From positions 61,628,001 to 61,692,000 of the forward strand of contig CM059430.1 in NCBI GenBank assembly GCA_030390025.1: 64,000 bases of DNA, given 5' to 3'. This document shows, one piece after another, positions 38,966-52,179 of the stretch. The DNA comes from Squalus acanthias (taxonomy: Eukaryota). The position numbers were made by a program, and so were the translations under genes. The notes beneath the pieces are model-generated. The model was not told the origin of the DNA. It saw only the letters and a program-made list of their open reading frames with translations, and ran no database searches. Positions within the stretch are counted from its first letter, which is position 1. Each line of letters begins with the position of its first letter.

Positions 38966-41900
38966 GTGGGAAAAATTCAGTATCGCCCCGTTTGGGGCGC
39001 GATTATCGGCCGTGCACAAAGTTTAGCGCCTGGCGCTAATTATCGCCTCCGACTGCAAACTTCGCTTTTATCGCCCACGGAGTTGATTGGAGCGCTAAAT
39101 CGGGTGCTGCACACCTCTCTTAAGCACAAAGGCCGAGGAGCGAGGCACTAGCTCAGAGCGCGGGTGCAGTGCAGGTGCTGTCAGTTAGCGATGGAACACA
39201 GACACACTGGCGCCGGCCAGTTCTTGAAGGGGAGGGTCGATCTTGCTCTCCTGCCAAACCCTGCTCATTGGAGCCTTGAATCTCGGCCTGGAGAGACCTG
39301 TGCCTAAATCCTGCAGCCAAGGACTATAGAGAGGGCCAGGGACCGAGCACATCGCTTCAGCGAGCGGGCCTTGGAGGCTCTGGTTGGTGCGGTGGAGCGC
39401 AGAAGCTGAATACTGTACCCAGAGAGTGGCAGGAGGCCTTTGCCGCGCGATTACTGAAGAGTGTGGAGGGAGGTGACACAGAGCGTCTCCTCCAGAAGCA
39501 TGGTGCCCAGGACCCATATACAATGTAGAAAAAAGTTCAACCACCTCACTCGGGTCGTCAGGGTGAGTGGCTTTTTTTCAATACCTCTCCATCCCTCCAT
39601 TTCAAGCTCACTCTATGGCCAGATGGTCTTAAAACCCCAATGCCCAACACTCATCCAACACCTATGGCCCTCTCATGAAACACACACGCACATTCCACAC
39701 TTTGCATAGTGTAAGGGCTATTCACCTATGGGAGGCAAATCAGGCAAGACCATGGCTGCATACAGTAAGGGCTATTCACTTATGGGAGGCACATCAGTCA
39801 AGACCATGGCTGTATATTTACTCAGACGCCGTCCTTTTTCTTGCAGGCCAAGCTATCTCATAATAGGAGACGGCAGCAACGGACGGGTGGAGGGCGGCCT
39901 CAGCTGCAAACCCTCAGCAAGCTTGAGGAGCGTATCCAGAGGATTGTAGCAAGCCGGGTGATCGGTCCCGTCGCCACTGGAGAGGCCGACCCCGTTCTGG
40001 ACAGCAATGGTAAGGTCATTACCTTTTTGTTCTCTCTCCTTCAACTTGTCCCTCACAACACCAGCCTTTGACACTTTCAATCCAACTTACTAAATCGCTG
40101 CACTCATTCCTCCCTTACTGCCACCCTGTCCTCATGCTAAAGCCACTTTTGTACTTCCCTGCTTTCAGATGGTGATTCATCAGCTGAGGAGACGGGCCCC
40201 CAAGCTGCCAGTGGGAGTGAAGCTGCAGGCGAGGAGGAAGATGAAGCCGGAGCATCAGTTCCACCCTCTCCTGAGGAAGCCCATGCCCACACTGGGAACA
40301 CGCCTTCCCTGGAGGGGAGCAGGGTGGAAGGGTCTGATGAGGGTGAAGCTCCAGGACCCAGCGGGCTGCAGCAAAGCGATGGGGGTAGGGAAGCTCGGGG
40401 GCCTTCTTCCGGAGGGAGAGTATGCCAGCGAGTCCTAATGCAGTGGACGCAGAGGAGGAGCGGCTGATCGCTGAAATGAACACCCAGGCGGTGGACATGC
40501 ACACTGAGCTCATGGGTGCAGTGCGAAGGGTGCCCGAATGCATTGAATCACTGGCAAGGAGTGTGGAGCACTTCGCTGTAGCACAGGTGGATGCCATGCA
40601 AATGTTTAGTGCTGCAATTCAGTCACTGGCTGCCGTGACCCCATCTCTGACTGCTCTCATGCAGACTCAGATTGAGGCCACGCGAGCACTGACTGCTGCC
40701 ATCCTTGTTGGTTTGGACACATTTCCCTGGGGCTCTCACTGCGCCGCAGCAGGCCAGCAATCTGTGCTCCAGCAGATTGCTCCGGATGCTGAAGTGCTGC
40801 CCCGTGGGAGTGCCAGTTTGTCAGTCGAGCAGGGAGTGTCTGTCCTCTCTCAAGATGACAGCATTCCTGCTGCCACCACTGTCACTTCTCCACTGCACTT
40901 GCCACCGCCTGTAGGACAGACTGCTGCCGCCCATGCAGAGTTGGTGCAGTCTGCAGCCGGACCCTCCAGGCCCAGAGCTGGTCGAGGCTGTCCTTCAAGG
41001 GCATCTGCAGTCTCAGGTTCTGACAATCAGCAGCCTTCCAGCAGCCTTGCTGCAGCCACTGGGGTCTCATTACGGAGGAGCAGTAGGGTGGGAAGGGGGG
41101 AAGTGCAAAAGGGTAGGAGATCACCCTCGAAGGGCAAAAAGTAGGAAGTGTGACAAAATGTTGGTAATTTTTTTATTAAAGGCCAAGGTTCGTGGTCAAA
41201 CTCTTGTTTAGTGTTTTGGATATTATCTCCAGGTTGTGAGAACCAGTATGTTAATGACTTTGTTTTGTGTTTCTTTCTATTAGTTTGTCATGAGGAAATG
41301 ACACACACAGAATTTGTAAAATAAATAAGTTTTCGTATTCAAAATGTACATGTTTGGTCTTTGCAATCATTGCTGCCTTGGCCGGCTTAGGGGTTGCTGG
41401 TTGGTTTCATTCATGTTGTTCTCAATGGCAGAAGCCATTTCCTCAGCAGGGGCCTAGAAGCTGTTTGCTATCAGCTGTTGATGGACGGCCCTTCCAGTTT
41501 CTACATTGTGGGCCTCCTGCCCGCCTTGGTGCTGCTGATGATCATCCTCCTCCTCTTCCTCCTCCTCTTCCTCCTCCTCCTCTGGTGGTGCTCCAAGGCC
41601 TGGTGGTATTGGCTGGATCCTGAGGATTGCCAGCTTATGCAGCATGCAGCACACAACAATGAAGAGGGAGACTCGCTCAGGCGAGTACTGCAGGGCTCCT
41701 CCAGAATGGTCCAGACAGCGGAACCGTTGCTTGAGCACGCCGATTGTGTGCTCAACGATGTTCCTGGTAGCTAGATGGCTCTCGTTGTACCGCAGCTCAG
41801 CAGGGGTGTTGAGCGTATGGAGCAGTGTCATCAGCCAGGTGCACAGTGGATATCCGTTGTCCCCGAGAAACCAACCACCTGGGTGATGCGGTGCCTGGAA

Positions 41901-43107
41901 AAGTTCTGCCACAGTAGTCTGGCGCAGGATGTATGCATCGAGGCTGCTGCCAGGATAGCAGGCATTGACAGCGAGTATCAGCTGTCTGTGGTCACAGACC
42001 AACTGCACGTTTAAGGAATGGAACCCCTTTCGGTTGCGAAAATCCTCTGCATTCTCATGCTGAGCACGCAAAGCCACATGCATGCAGTCAATGGCGCCCT
42101 GCAGCATAGGGAAGCCCGCTATCCTCGCAAAGCCCATAGTGCGTTCATGCTGCTTGGCCGGGGTTATGGGGAAAGCGATGTACTTTCATCTCCTTTTATA
42201 GAGGGCATTTGTGAGCTGATGGATGCAGCAACGGACCACAAACTGGGAGATATTGGCGATGTCCCCAGTAGCTGACTGAAATGAGCTCGTGGCATAAATG
42301 TTGAGAGCCACTGTTATCTTCACTGCCACCGACAGAGACGTCCTGCTCCTCAGTTGAGGCTGCAGATCTGGCTGCAGCAGTTGGCAGAGATCAGTGACCA
42401 CCTTCGCAAACACTGCTCCTCAGACATATTAATGTATGAGAATTGTTGGTGAAATACCCTGGGAGGATAAGGTCTCCTGTACAGAGGCCTGTTGGCCCTC
42501 CTCCGTCTGGCCATGATTGCCACTCTCTCTCTGCATCTCTGTGGCCTCCGATTTTGCTGGCGCAGGATGATGCCCCCAATTAGTGCAGCCCCCAAGTCTC
42601 TTGGCAATCAAAGTAATGAAGGTTAAAAATCAAAGTACCTGCAAATTTATGCTCAGTAGCCAAAACTACTTCACACAGCTTTGACTCAATGCACAAGTCT
42701 CTCTTTCTCTCTCTCAAAATCTCTCTCTCTCTCTCAGAACGAGTGGTGCAAAAATGTCTACCACAGAGAAAGCCAGGAAGAGGCCCCCTTTAAATAGCGC
42801 CCCCCCCCAGCCCCACAGCCACTGGGAAGCGTTCCAGTCTACCGTCGTTGGTTGCGCCAGGCGGAAAGGAGGGGGGCACCACTCAATTTCCGTTCGGCGG
42901 CACCCCAAGGGCGTTGCACGTTCGAATAACATCAAGATCTGCGTGCACAGGAGATCGGGGCGGTATTGTGTAGCGCTGCCGCAAAATGTCTGGTCAATTT
43001 CGTGAGGGGCGCAGATATCGCTGCGCCCGGGCGCTAATTAATTTGTGCCCCATTAACGCCCTCTTAATGCACTAATGGGAGGCGCAAACCAACTGAATTT
43101 CCCCCCC
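38966..43107. mobile_element. Full-length PIF/Harbinger transposon, copy 1 (disabled)
   Basis: 15-bp TIRs GTGGGAAAAATTCAG / CTGAATTTCCCCCCC; TSD TAG; convergent Myb-like (+) and transposase (-) genes, both with frameshifts or stops. Confidence 0.93.
41454..42600 (-). pseudogene. Disrupted Harbinger transposase
   Basis: GAIDCMH, GDNGYP and RNIVEHTIGVLKQRF are retained; N-terminal part broken by a roughly 20-nt deletion near 42400 and a stop near 42186. Confidence 0.9.
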
Positions 43108-43479
43108 TAGATGTTAAGAAATGTTACAGGGCAAATATGAAGTTCAGTTACGGTTGAATGTGAACATTACGCGTATGCGGCACTTTCACAGGATGTTGCA
43201 ATGTGCAATGAACAGAGCTTAATTTAATACTTGAACTGCTGCTGTGTGGAGGTGAATTGATGCGCCAGATTCTTTATTTAGCTGGAAAACGTAATGCGCT
43301 CGTGTCACTATTTCCAAACATTTTTAAGTACTGCAAAAACCACACGGCCAAAGGCTTCGCTATTTCCCTAAGTTTCATCAGACTACGTGATAAGTCGAAC
43401 ATACAGACATTTCACGCTGCTATATCTGTTAAATTATATTCCGGTATCGGGTTATTAAATTAATCCTTACTCCAATTAT

Positions 43480-44233
43480 GGGCCAGATATTCTGATCCCT
43501 ACAGGTGTGTAAACACTGTGTACACACCCGTAGGGACATTGGAAATGCCGGTTTCAGGCATGCCAAGCTCATGCACTGAAAATCGTCATTTCCGATCTGG
43601 CAAGAATGCTCTTGACAGATCAGACGCCTGCCCTAGAGAAGGGCCTCTGCGGGCGATAGTTGCGTTTTCCGAAGAACCTCCACCTGCAGAAAACACTTAG
43701 AAATCTTACGCCTGGTAAAAGCAGGCATAAGGCCAGCTTTACCAGCATAAGAGTCGAAAAAAGTAAAAAAACATTTTTCCCACTCATTTATCATTTAAAA
43801 ATACTTTAAAAAAGGTAAGTTTATTTTTAGCCCCGTAAAAAACTTTAATTATTTTTTTTCAAAAAATTTACTTTTTGTTTAAAATATTTAATTTATTGTA
43901 ATTTCAACCCATTTTTAAATTTTAATTTTTTTCAATTTATTTAATGTTTTACAGTGTTTATGGGGTGATCTCCATTCATACATTTGACATGTCTATCTGT
44001 CAAGTGTATGAAGGGAGATTCCCTCCTGCTATTGGTTCCCCATTGCCCACATGATTCCAGGGACGCTTGCGAACCACATGCACCTCTGGGATACCTGGGC
44101 CATGCGCATTTCGAGTTGGAGAGGCCCAGGAGGTGAAGTGTGTGGACCTCGGGATCCCTCACGTAAGTCCATAGATTTTTTCCACATCGGAGGCCTCCGC
44201 AGGCAGGAAACCTCCGATCGGAATATACGGCCC
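43480..44233 (+). mobile_element. MITE family A, copy 2
   Basis: Colinear with 2809-3563; ends GGGCCAGATATTC / GAATATACGGCCC; no clear TSD. Confidence 0.82.
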
Positions 44234-44244
44234 AACATATTTTT

Positions 44245-45007
44245 CCCCCAAAATTAAACCTAATACGCGAGAGTACGCACTGTGAATGCTCACGTATTAG
44301 ATCCCGAATTGCCGGTTTCCTGCATGCACTGCGCATGCGCGGGAAACCGGCACTTTGTGAATTGAAAAGGGGGTGGTTCCTAAGCGAACCACGTAAGCCC
44401 TTCAGGCTGTGCGCACGCAGTGCACTTAGTTTTTTTTTCAGCTTTGAACGCGCAGGTAAGTGGTGAAGATTTTACACACAAAGAAAGCAGACGTAGGACC
44501 CCCTTTGAACAAGGTAAGTAGTTAATTAAGTGTTATTTTAAATTTTTTTCAACAGGTTGATCTTTTTTAGAGACTTTAAAGAAAGGTAAGTTTATTTTTA
44601 TAACTTTTAAAAAGATTTTAAATTTTTTCAAAAATTTAATTTTTTGTTTAAGGTGGTTAATTTATTTAACTATACTTATTTTATTAATGTGATGGCTTTT
44701 TTTTAAATTTAATTGAGGTTTAGCTGTTCTTTTGGGGGTGTGTAGTATTCATAGCTTTGACAGCTCTTGCCGTCAAAACTATGAATGAAAGATGGTGTGC
44801 TGCCATTGGCTCTAACTGAATCACGTGATCCCAGAGCACGCACGAACTAATTGCGCCTCTGAGTCACGCAAGCACTGCATGGTTCCAACAGAGAGAGCCT
44901 TTGAAACTAAAGTTCGTGTGGGCCCAGAGCAAAAAGGTAGGCGCTAAGTGCGATATCGCGGGGAATCCTTACCCCCACGGGAACCATCCATGTTTAATTT
45001 CTGGGCC
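44245..45007 (+). mobile_element. MITE family B, copy 2
   Basis: Colinear with 20982-21745; right end AATTTCTGGGCC; left TIR decayed. Confidence 0.8.
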
Positions 45008-45019
45008 AATCTCCAAATT

Positions 45020-45330
45020 GAAATAATTAGGTCGGTAGCCAGAGGTCACAGATTTATGGCAAAATAATTGGCAAAAGAACTGGAAGGGAAGTTAGGAGAA
45101 TTTTTTTGGTACAGATGTTTGTTAATATCCAGAATGCACTACTTGAAGGAGTAGTGGAAGCAGATTCCATAAGAACTTTCAAAAGACAATTGGAAATGTA
45201 CTTGAAGAGGACTAATTAGCAGGATTATCAGGAAAAAGCTGGAGTACGGGCGTAAATTGGTCAGCTCTTCCAAAGAGCCGGCAAAGGCACATCGGTCAGA
45301 ATGGCCTCCTTCTTTGCTGTAAGATTCTAT
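45020..45330 (+). mobile_element. CR1 3' fragment whose tail is split by Harbinger copy 2
   Basis: Tail …aagattctat resumes as gtttctacgattctatg after 49521. Confidence 0.75.
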
Positions 45331-45694
45331 GGGGGAAAAATTCAGTCGCGCCCCGTTTGGGGCGCAAATATCGTCCGGGCGCAAAAATTGGCGCCTGGCG
45401 CTAATTATCGCCACTGACTGGAAACTTCACTTTTAACGCCCCGGGAGGTGATTGGAGCGCTAAATCAAGCGCTGCACACCTGTCTTAAGGCGCAAAGGCC
45501 GAGGAGTGAGGCGCTAACTCAGAGCGCGAGCGCAGCGCAGGTGCTGCCAGTTAGCGAGGGAACACAGACACACTGGCGCTGGCCAATTCTTAAAGCGGGG
45601 GGGGGGGGGCGATCTTGCTCCCCAGCCACACCCTGCTCATTGCAGCCATGAATCTCGGCCTGGAGAGACCTGTGAATCCATTTTCCAGCCAAAG

Positions 45695-47537
45695 ATGGAG
45701 AGGGTGAGAGAACGAGCTGAGCGCTTCACCGAGCGGGCCTTGGATGCTCTGGTTGCCGCGGTGGAGCGCCGAAGACCAATACTGTACCCAGAGAGTGGCA
45801 GGAGGCCTTTGCCGCGCGACTACAGAAGAGTGTGGAGGGAGGTGGCTCAGCGCGTCTCCTCCAGGAGCATGGTGCCCAAGACCCATGTCCAATGCCGGAA
45901 AAAGTTCAACGACCTCACTCGGGTCATCAGGGTGAGTGGCTTTTTTGCAATACCTCTCCATCCCTCCATCTCAACCTCACTCTATGGCCAGAGGGTCTTA
46001 AAACACAAATAACAACACTCATCCAACACCTATGGCCCTTTCATGAAGCACACACACACATTCCATACTTTCCATACAGTAAGGGCTATTCAACTATGGG
46101 AGGCACATCAGGCAAGACCATGGCTGTATACAGTAAGGGCTATTCACCTATGGGAGGCAAATCAGGCAAGACCATGGCTGTATACAGTAAGGGCTATTCA
46201 CCTATGGGAGGCACATCAGGCAAGACCATGGCTGTATATTTACTCAGACGCCGTCCTTTTTCTTGCAGGCCAAGCTGGCGCATAATAGGAGACAGCAGCA
46301 ATGGACGGGTGGAGGGCGGCCTCAGCTGCAACCCCTCAGCAATCTTGAGGAGCGCGTCCACAGGATTGTGGCAAGCTGGGTGATCGGTCCCGTCGCCACT
46401 GGAGATGTCGACCCCATTCTGGACAGCAATGGTAAGGTCATCACCTTTTTGTCCTCTGTCCTTCCACTTGTCCCTCACAACACCAGCCTTTGACACTTTC
46501 AATCCAACTTACTAACTCGCTGCACTTATTCCTCACTTACTGCCACCCTGTCCTCACGCTAAAGCCACACTTGTACCTCCCTGCTTTCAGATGGTGATTC
46601 ACCAGCTGAGGAGACGGGCCCTGAAGCTGCCAGTGGGAGAGAAGCTGCAGCCGAGGAGGAAGAGGAAGCCGGAGCATCAGTGCCACCCTCTCCCGAGGAA
46701 GCCCATGCCGACACTGGGAACATGCCTTCCCTGGAGGGGAGCAGGGGGGAAGGGTCTGATGAGGGTGAAGCTCCAGGACCCAGCGGGCTGCAGCAAAGCG
46801 ATGGGGGTAGGGAAGCTCGGGGGCCTTCTCCCCGGATGGAGAGTATGCCAGCGAGTCCTGCTGCACTGGACGCAGAGGAGTAGTGGCTGATCGCGGAAAT
46901 GAACACCCAGGCGGTGGGCATGCACACTGAGCTCATGGCTGCAGTGGGTAGGGTGCCCGAATGCATTGAAGCACTGGCAAGGAGTGTGGAGCACTTCGCT
47001 GCAGCGCAGGCGGATGCAACACTGAAGCTCAGTGCTGCATTTCAATCTCAGAATGCTCTCATGCAGACTCAGATTGAGGTCACGCAAGCACTGTCTGCTG
47101 CCATCCTCGCTGGTTCGTTCACATTTCCCCGGGGCTCTCACCGCGCCGCAGCAGGCCAGCAATCTTTGCTCCAGCAGATTGCTCCGGAAGCTGAGGTGCT
47201 GCCCCGTGGGAGTGCCAGTGTGCCGGTCGAGCAGGGAGTTGCTGTCCTCGCTCAAGATGACAGCATTCCTGCTGCCACCACTGTCACTTCTCCACTGCAG
47301 TTGCCACCGCTTGTAGGACAGACTGCTGCCGCCCATGCAGAGTTGGTGCAGTCTGCAGCCGGGCCCTCCAGGCCCAGAACTGGTCGAGGCCGTCCCTCAA
47401 GGGCATCTGCATTGTCGGGGCCTGACAGTCAGCAGCCTTCCAGCAGCCCTGCTGCAGCCACTGAGGTCACATTGCTGAGGAGCAGTAGGGTAAGAAGGGG
47501 GGAAGGGCGCACGGGAAGGAGTTCACCCTCGATGTAG
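45695..47537 (+). pseudogene. Three-exon Myb/SANT (trihelix, NAIF1-like) Harbinger helper gene with one nonsense codon
   Basis: Exons 45695-45931 (RFTERALDALV…VWREVA…QCRKKFNDL, donor gtgagt), 46269-46431 (AHNRR…TGGG, donor gtaagg) and 46591-47537. TAG at 46881-46883 where copy 1 has GAG. Confidence 0.85.
46075..46237 (+). repeat. 54-bp minisatellite (3 units; 2 units in copy 1 at about 39706-39815)
   Basis: Unit tacagtaagggctattcacctatgggaggcacatcaggcaagaccatggctgta, inside intron 1 of the Myb gene. Confidence 0.92.
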
Positions 47538-47848
47538 GAGGTGTGACAAAATGCTGTTCATTTTTTTATTAAAGTCCGAGGTTCGTGGTCAAACTTTTGT
47601 TGAGTGTTTTGCACATGATCTCCAGGTTGTGATAACCAGTTATGGTAATGACTGTTTTTTTGTGTTTATTTGTATGAGTTTGTCATGAAGAAATCACACA
47701 CACAGAGTTTGTAAAATAAATAAGTTTTGGTACTCAAAATATACATGTTTGGTGTTTGGAATCATTGGTGCCTTGGCCGGCTTAGGGGTTGCGTGTTGGG
47801 TTCATTCATGCTGTTCTCAATGGCAGAAGCCATTTCCACAGCAGGGGC

Positions 47849-47947
47849 CTAGAAGCGGCTTGCTATCAGCCGCTGACGGACGGCCCTTGCAGTTTCACCA
47901 TTGTGGGCCGCCCTCACGCCTTGGTGCTGCTGCTGATCATCCTCCTC

Positions 47948-47978
<31 letters not shown>

Positions 47979-49009
47979 GGTGGTGCTCCAAGGCCTGGTG
48001 GCATTGGCTGGGTCCTGAGGATTGCCATGTTATGCAGCATGCAGCACACAACTACGATGTTGGAAACTCGCTCAGGCGAGTACTGCAGGGCTCCTCCAGA
48101 ATGGTCGAGACAGCGGAACCGTTGCTTGAGCACGCCGATTGTGTGCTCCACGATGTTCCTGGTAGCTTGATGGCTCTCGTTGTACCGCAGCTCAGCAGGG
48201 GTGCTGGGCGTACGGAGCGGTGTCATCAGCCAGGTGCTCAGTGGATACCCCTTGTCCCCGAGAAGCCAACCAACTGGCTGATGCGGTGCCTCGAAAAGTT
48301 CTGCCACAGTAGTCTGGCGCAGGATGAAAGCATCGTGGCAGCTGCCAGGATAGTGGGCATTGACAGCGAGTATCAGCTGTCTGTGGTCACAGTCCAACTG
48401 AACATTCAAGGAATGGAACCCCTTTCTGTTCCGGAAATCCTCGGCATTCTCATGCGGAGCACGCAAAGCCACATGCATGCAGTCAATGGCGCCCTGCACC
48501 ATGGGGAAGCCCGCTATCCTCGCAAAGCCCAGAGCGCGTTCTTGCTGCTTGTCTGGGGTCATGGGGAAAGAGATGAACTCTCGTCTCCTTTTAAACAGGG
48601 CATTTGTGACCTTCCTGATGCAGCAATGCACCGCGAACTGGGAGATATTGGCGATGTCCCCAACAGCAGATTGAAATGAGCCAGTAGCATAAAAGTTCAG
48701 AGCCACTGTTACCTTCACTGCCACCGACAGAGACGTCCTGGACCTCAGTTGAGGCTGCAGATCTGGCTGCAGCAGGTGGCAGAGCTCAGTGACCACCTCC
48801 TTGCTGAAGCGCAGCCTTCGCAGACACTGCTCATCAGACATATGAATGTAGGAGAGCTGTTCACGATATATCCTGGGAGGGTAAGCTCTCCTGTACAGAC
48901 GCCTGTTGGCCCTCCTCCGTCTGGCCATCATTGCCACTCTCTCTCTGCGTCTCTGTCTCCTCCGATTCAGCTGGCGCAGGATGACGCCCCCCATCAGTGC
49001 AGCCCCCAT
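47849..49009 (-). CDS. Intact Harbinger (HARBI1-like) DDE transposase, 386 aa
   Basis: Uninterrupted ORF from ATG 49009; HTH region, GAIDCMH, NRKGFHSLNVQ, YPGSCHDAFIL, LLGDKGYP, RNIVEHTIGVLKQRFRCL, CCMLHN and a C-terminal poly-Glu tract. Confidence 0.95.
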
Positions 49010-50160
49010 ATCTCTTAGCAAGCAAAGTTATGAAGGCCAGAAACCAAAGTACCAGCGAAGTTAGGATGAGTAGCCAAAACTACCTCACACAGCCTTGACT
49101 CAATGCAGAAGTCTCTCTTTCTCTCTCTCCGAATCTCTCTCTCTCTCTCAGAACGAGTGGTGCAAAAATGTCAACCACAGAGAAAGACAGGAATAGGCCC
49201 CCTTTAAATAGCGCCCCCCCAGCCCAACAGCGATTGTTAGCGTTCCACTCTTCCGGTTGTTGGATGCGCCAGGCGGTAAGGATGGGGGCGCCACTGAAAT
49301 TCTGCTCCGGGGCGCCACAAGGGCATTGCACTGTCGTATGACATCACAATCTGCGCGCGCAGGGGATCGCGGCGATAAAGTTTAGCGCCGCCACAAAATG
49401 TCTAGTTACGTTCGCGAGCGGCGCAAACATCGCTGTGCCCGGGCGCTAGCTGCTTTGCGCCCCATTAGTGCCCTCTTAAGGCGCTAACGGGAGGCGCAAC
49501 CAACTGAATTTTCCCCCCTATGTTTCTACGATTCTATGATTACTATTAGATGAAGAAATCGAATGGAAAAAATAACGTATTTACACATAAACAGTTGCTG
49601 AAAATTTACTTCAAGTTTTCGGACTGTGTCACAGCGTAACAGTTGGTATTGCAATTATGAGCCTTCTTGGAAATGCCTATAGTCATCCAACCCAGAGAGT
49701 TCGAAACACCATTCTGTTCACCTTATCACATTTAAATTCAGAGTAAAACTGCGCATTCAAACGCCACCAATGGGAATACGAGACAATCAGTTCCGAGTTC
49801 GCTTTGAGTCTGAAGGACAAATTTATCGGTCCAAAATCATGTCCAAATTATTTTGTTTATTGGCACCATGGTAACACCAAACATACACACAAAATAGTTT
49901 CGTCAAATCTGAAGTGATTTAATCTTCTCCCCAGATACAACAGCCAAGTGGGGCGCTATTTAAATCGAATTCTATTAATTTCCTCCCTAATGGTTTCTCA
50001 ATTTTCCCTTTGGGACGAGAACCACAGAGCACTGGATTTAGTCTGTGGTGTGCGATCTGCTGTTGCGGTCACTTTGATTTGCCAGCAACCGAGGGAGTGA
50101 AATTCAACCTTAGTGGGGGCGCAGCATGGGTGGTGGTGGCTCGCCCACCAATTATACTCT

Positions 50161-51824
50161 GGCCGGGATTTTGCTGATCTCGGCGAGTCCGTGACGGGCG
50201 ACATTGGTGGCGGGTCCCGACCCCGCAGTTGGCTCCAGCACACGATGTAAAATGAATTTCCCTTGATGGGGTTTGATTCCTGTCCAACCGGATGAAGCGG
50301 GTCTGGTGACCTCATTTGATGACGTGCAATCAACCCGCTTCCTTAAAGGGACCATGGCCAACTTTAATTTGACATTTGTGCTGTCAGTGTTCTACAGCAT
50401 TGAGGTGCTGCAAACACTGACAATGATTGCACAAAGGCACTGGGCTCCAGCGACGCTCTCCCACGACTCTCTGCATATGCTTATGGAGGAAGCCACAGCA
50501 AGCATGGAGGTCTTCTTCCCTTCCAATGGGCAGAAGAGACCTCCCCAGGAGATCAACACAGCCTGGTTGTACATTGCAGGGGAGGGCACAAGCAGGGATG
50601 TGGTCAGGAGGATCTGGGTGCTGTGCCGCAAATGTTTCAATGATCTCAGTAGATCAAGAAACGTTTGTACAAAGCCACATTGAACCTCATCCTGCTGTGC
50701 CACTCATCACATCCCGATCACTCTGCCTTCCCTACCCTACTTCTGCACATCCTTCTCACACCAACTTACCTTGCATCTCCACCCATCCCTCTCTATTCAT
50801 ATTATCACATCCCATCTCACTAGCCACCCCTCACACTCACCCTCATCCTAGTCCAATCATACCAACTAACAACACACAAACATTGACATCTTTATTTTCA
50901 ACACTTTTTGTTTATGGACAGATCTGTGTGCTTCGTGAGTTACAGTGAATGAAGAGACATAACGGTACCCCCTGCAACGGTGATGCATGTGAAGGAATGT
51001 CTTGGGAATTGTAGGGATGCTTTATGGTGTTGGTGTGGGGTGGTGCCAGCCTGGCACATCATGTGGCAGCCAGGGTGTACAGCGTCAAGTGAAGCAAATC
51101 TGGCCATGTTGAGGCCATCCCTGGCCTCCTGGTTAGCAATGTGGTCGGGTGCTGATGCCATGTGTCCTGTGCAGCATCAGTTGATTACGGAGAAGGTTGG
51201 TGCTGTTGTTGTTGGTGCTGCTGGTGTTCCTGATGCTCCTGGTGTCGGGGCTGATCGTGGTGGGATTCTGAGGACCAATGTGAGAGAGTATAAAGGACAC
51301 CCATGCTGATGGAATAGATGGCAGTTGAAGTAGAGATGACAGAAGCGATCTGTCAATGGTGAGAGAGTTAATGAGGTCAGACTGGATGGAGACCTGTGTA
51401 AAGACTTGCAACATGGTGAATCTGTCGTGGAAATGCAGTAAGAGCTTGTGGCTGAGGGAAGTTACCTCTGTAAAGTGGGAGCTTTTACTGCACATTTGAA
51501 GCTGTCAGCTCAACAGCTGATTCAATGGCAACTGAACTCCCACTTCAGCTTGACTGACGTGGTACACGACCAGTGTGGACCCCGTGGGCAAGCATGGAAA
51601 TTCAAAAGGTAAGCTCAAATGTATTCTAAATGATCTCTAAATTAGATCATAATGACTTAAATTGGGTCCCCCACCGCTGCGCATCGGATCTGCTTTGCGC
51701 TGACAGACCAGTCATAGGGAAAGGCATGTGGCGGCGGGTTCACAGCAGCGTTCTGACCCGCTGGGAAAAAAAAGACTTTCCCACCCGAACCCCGGCGCCC
51801 GCTGATCCCCAGAAAATCTCGGCC
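50161..51824 (+). mobile_element. Non-autonomous Harbinger-family element retaining a decayed Myb/SANT exon
   Basis: TIRs GGCCGGGATTTT / AAAATCTCGGCC; ORF 50273-50683 has AWLYIAGE…VLCRKCFNDL; no transposase. Confidence 0.78.
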
Positions 51825-52179
51825 TCACTGTCCGATTTTCCTTATTGCAGAAACTCAAAATCTACCTCAGTGTCATATTGGGGTAGAAATTTGCCTTGTG
51901 CCTTAGGGCAAAATGGGCGTTAGTGAACTGACATTCCGATTTGCACTCCATCCGATTATTTTTTCCATGAAGTAAATGAAATGGAAAATCGGCAGTGTGC
52001 AAGATGGGCAGGCATTTCGCGGTTGCGTGTTTTCCCACTACTGCACAAGAAGAAGAACCAACCTGATGACTCCCAGTGATTCAGAGACACAGAGTGTCCA
52101 CAGCCCCTGGTCTGCAATCAAGGCCTCCATAATCAGCACCTGTGAAGAGACGCTTGGTCACTCGACCAGGAAACACCAA

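Larger units (their letters stand above)
45331..49518. mobile_element. Full-length PIF/Harbinger transposon, copy 2
   Basis: TIRs GGGGGAAAAATTCAG / CTGAATTTTCCCCCC; TSD TAT; repeated subterminal GGCGCWAA motifs; two convergent genes. Confidence 0.95.

Noticed and set aside
46075-46237. Regular 54-bp repeats as a CRISPR array or a repeat protein
   Set aside because: Head-to-tail units without spacers, eukaryotic context, located within an intron.
47789-48679. 296-aa plus-strand ORF and similar overlapping ORFs inside the Harbinger elements
   Set aside because: Antisense shadows of the GC-rich transposase and Myb genes; the poly-Leu run mirrors the poly-Glu codons.
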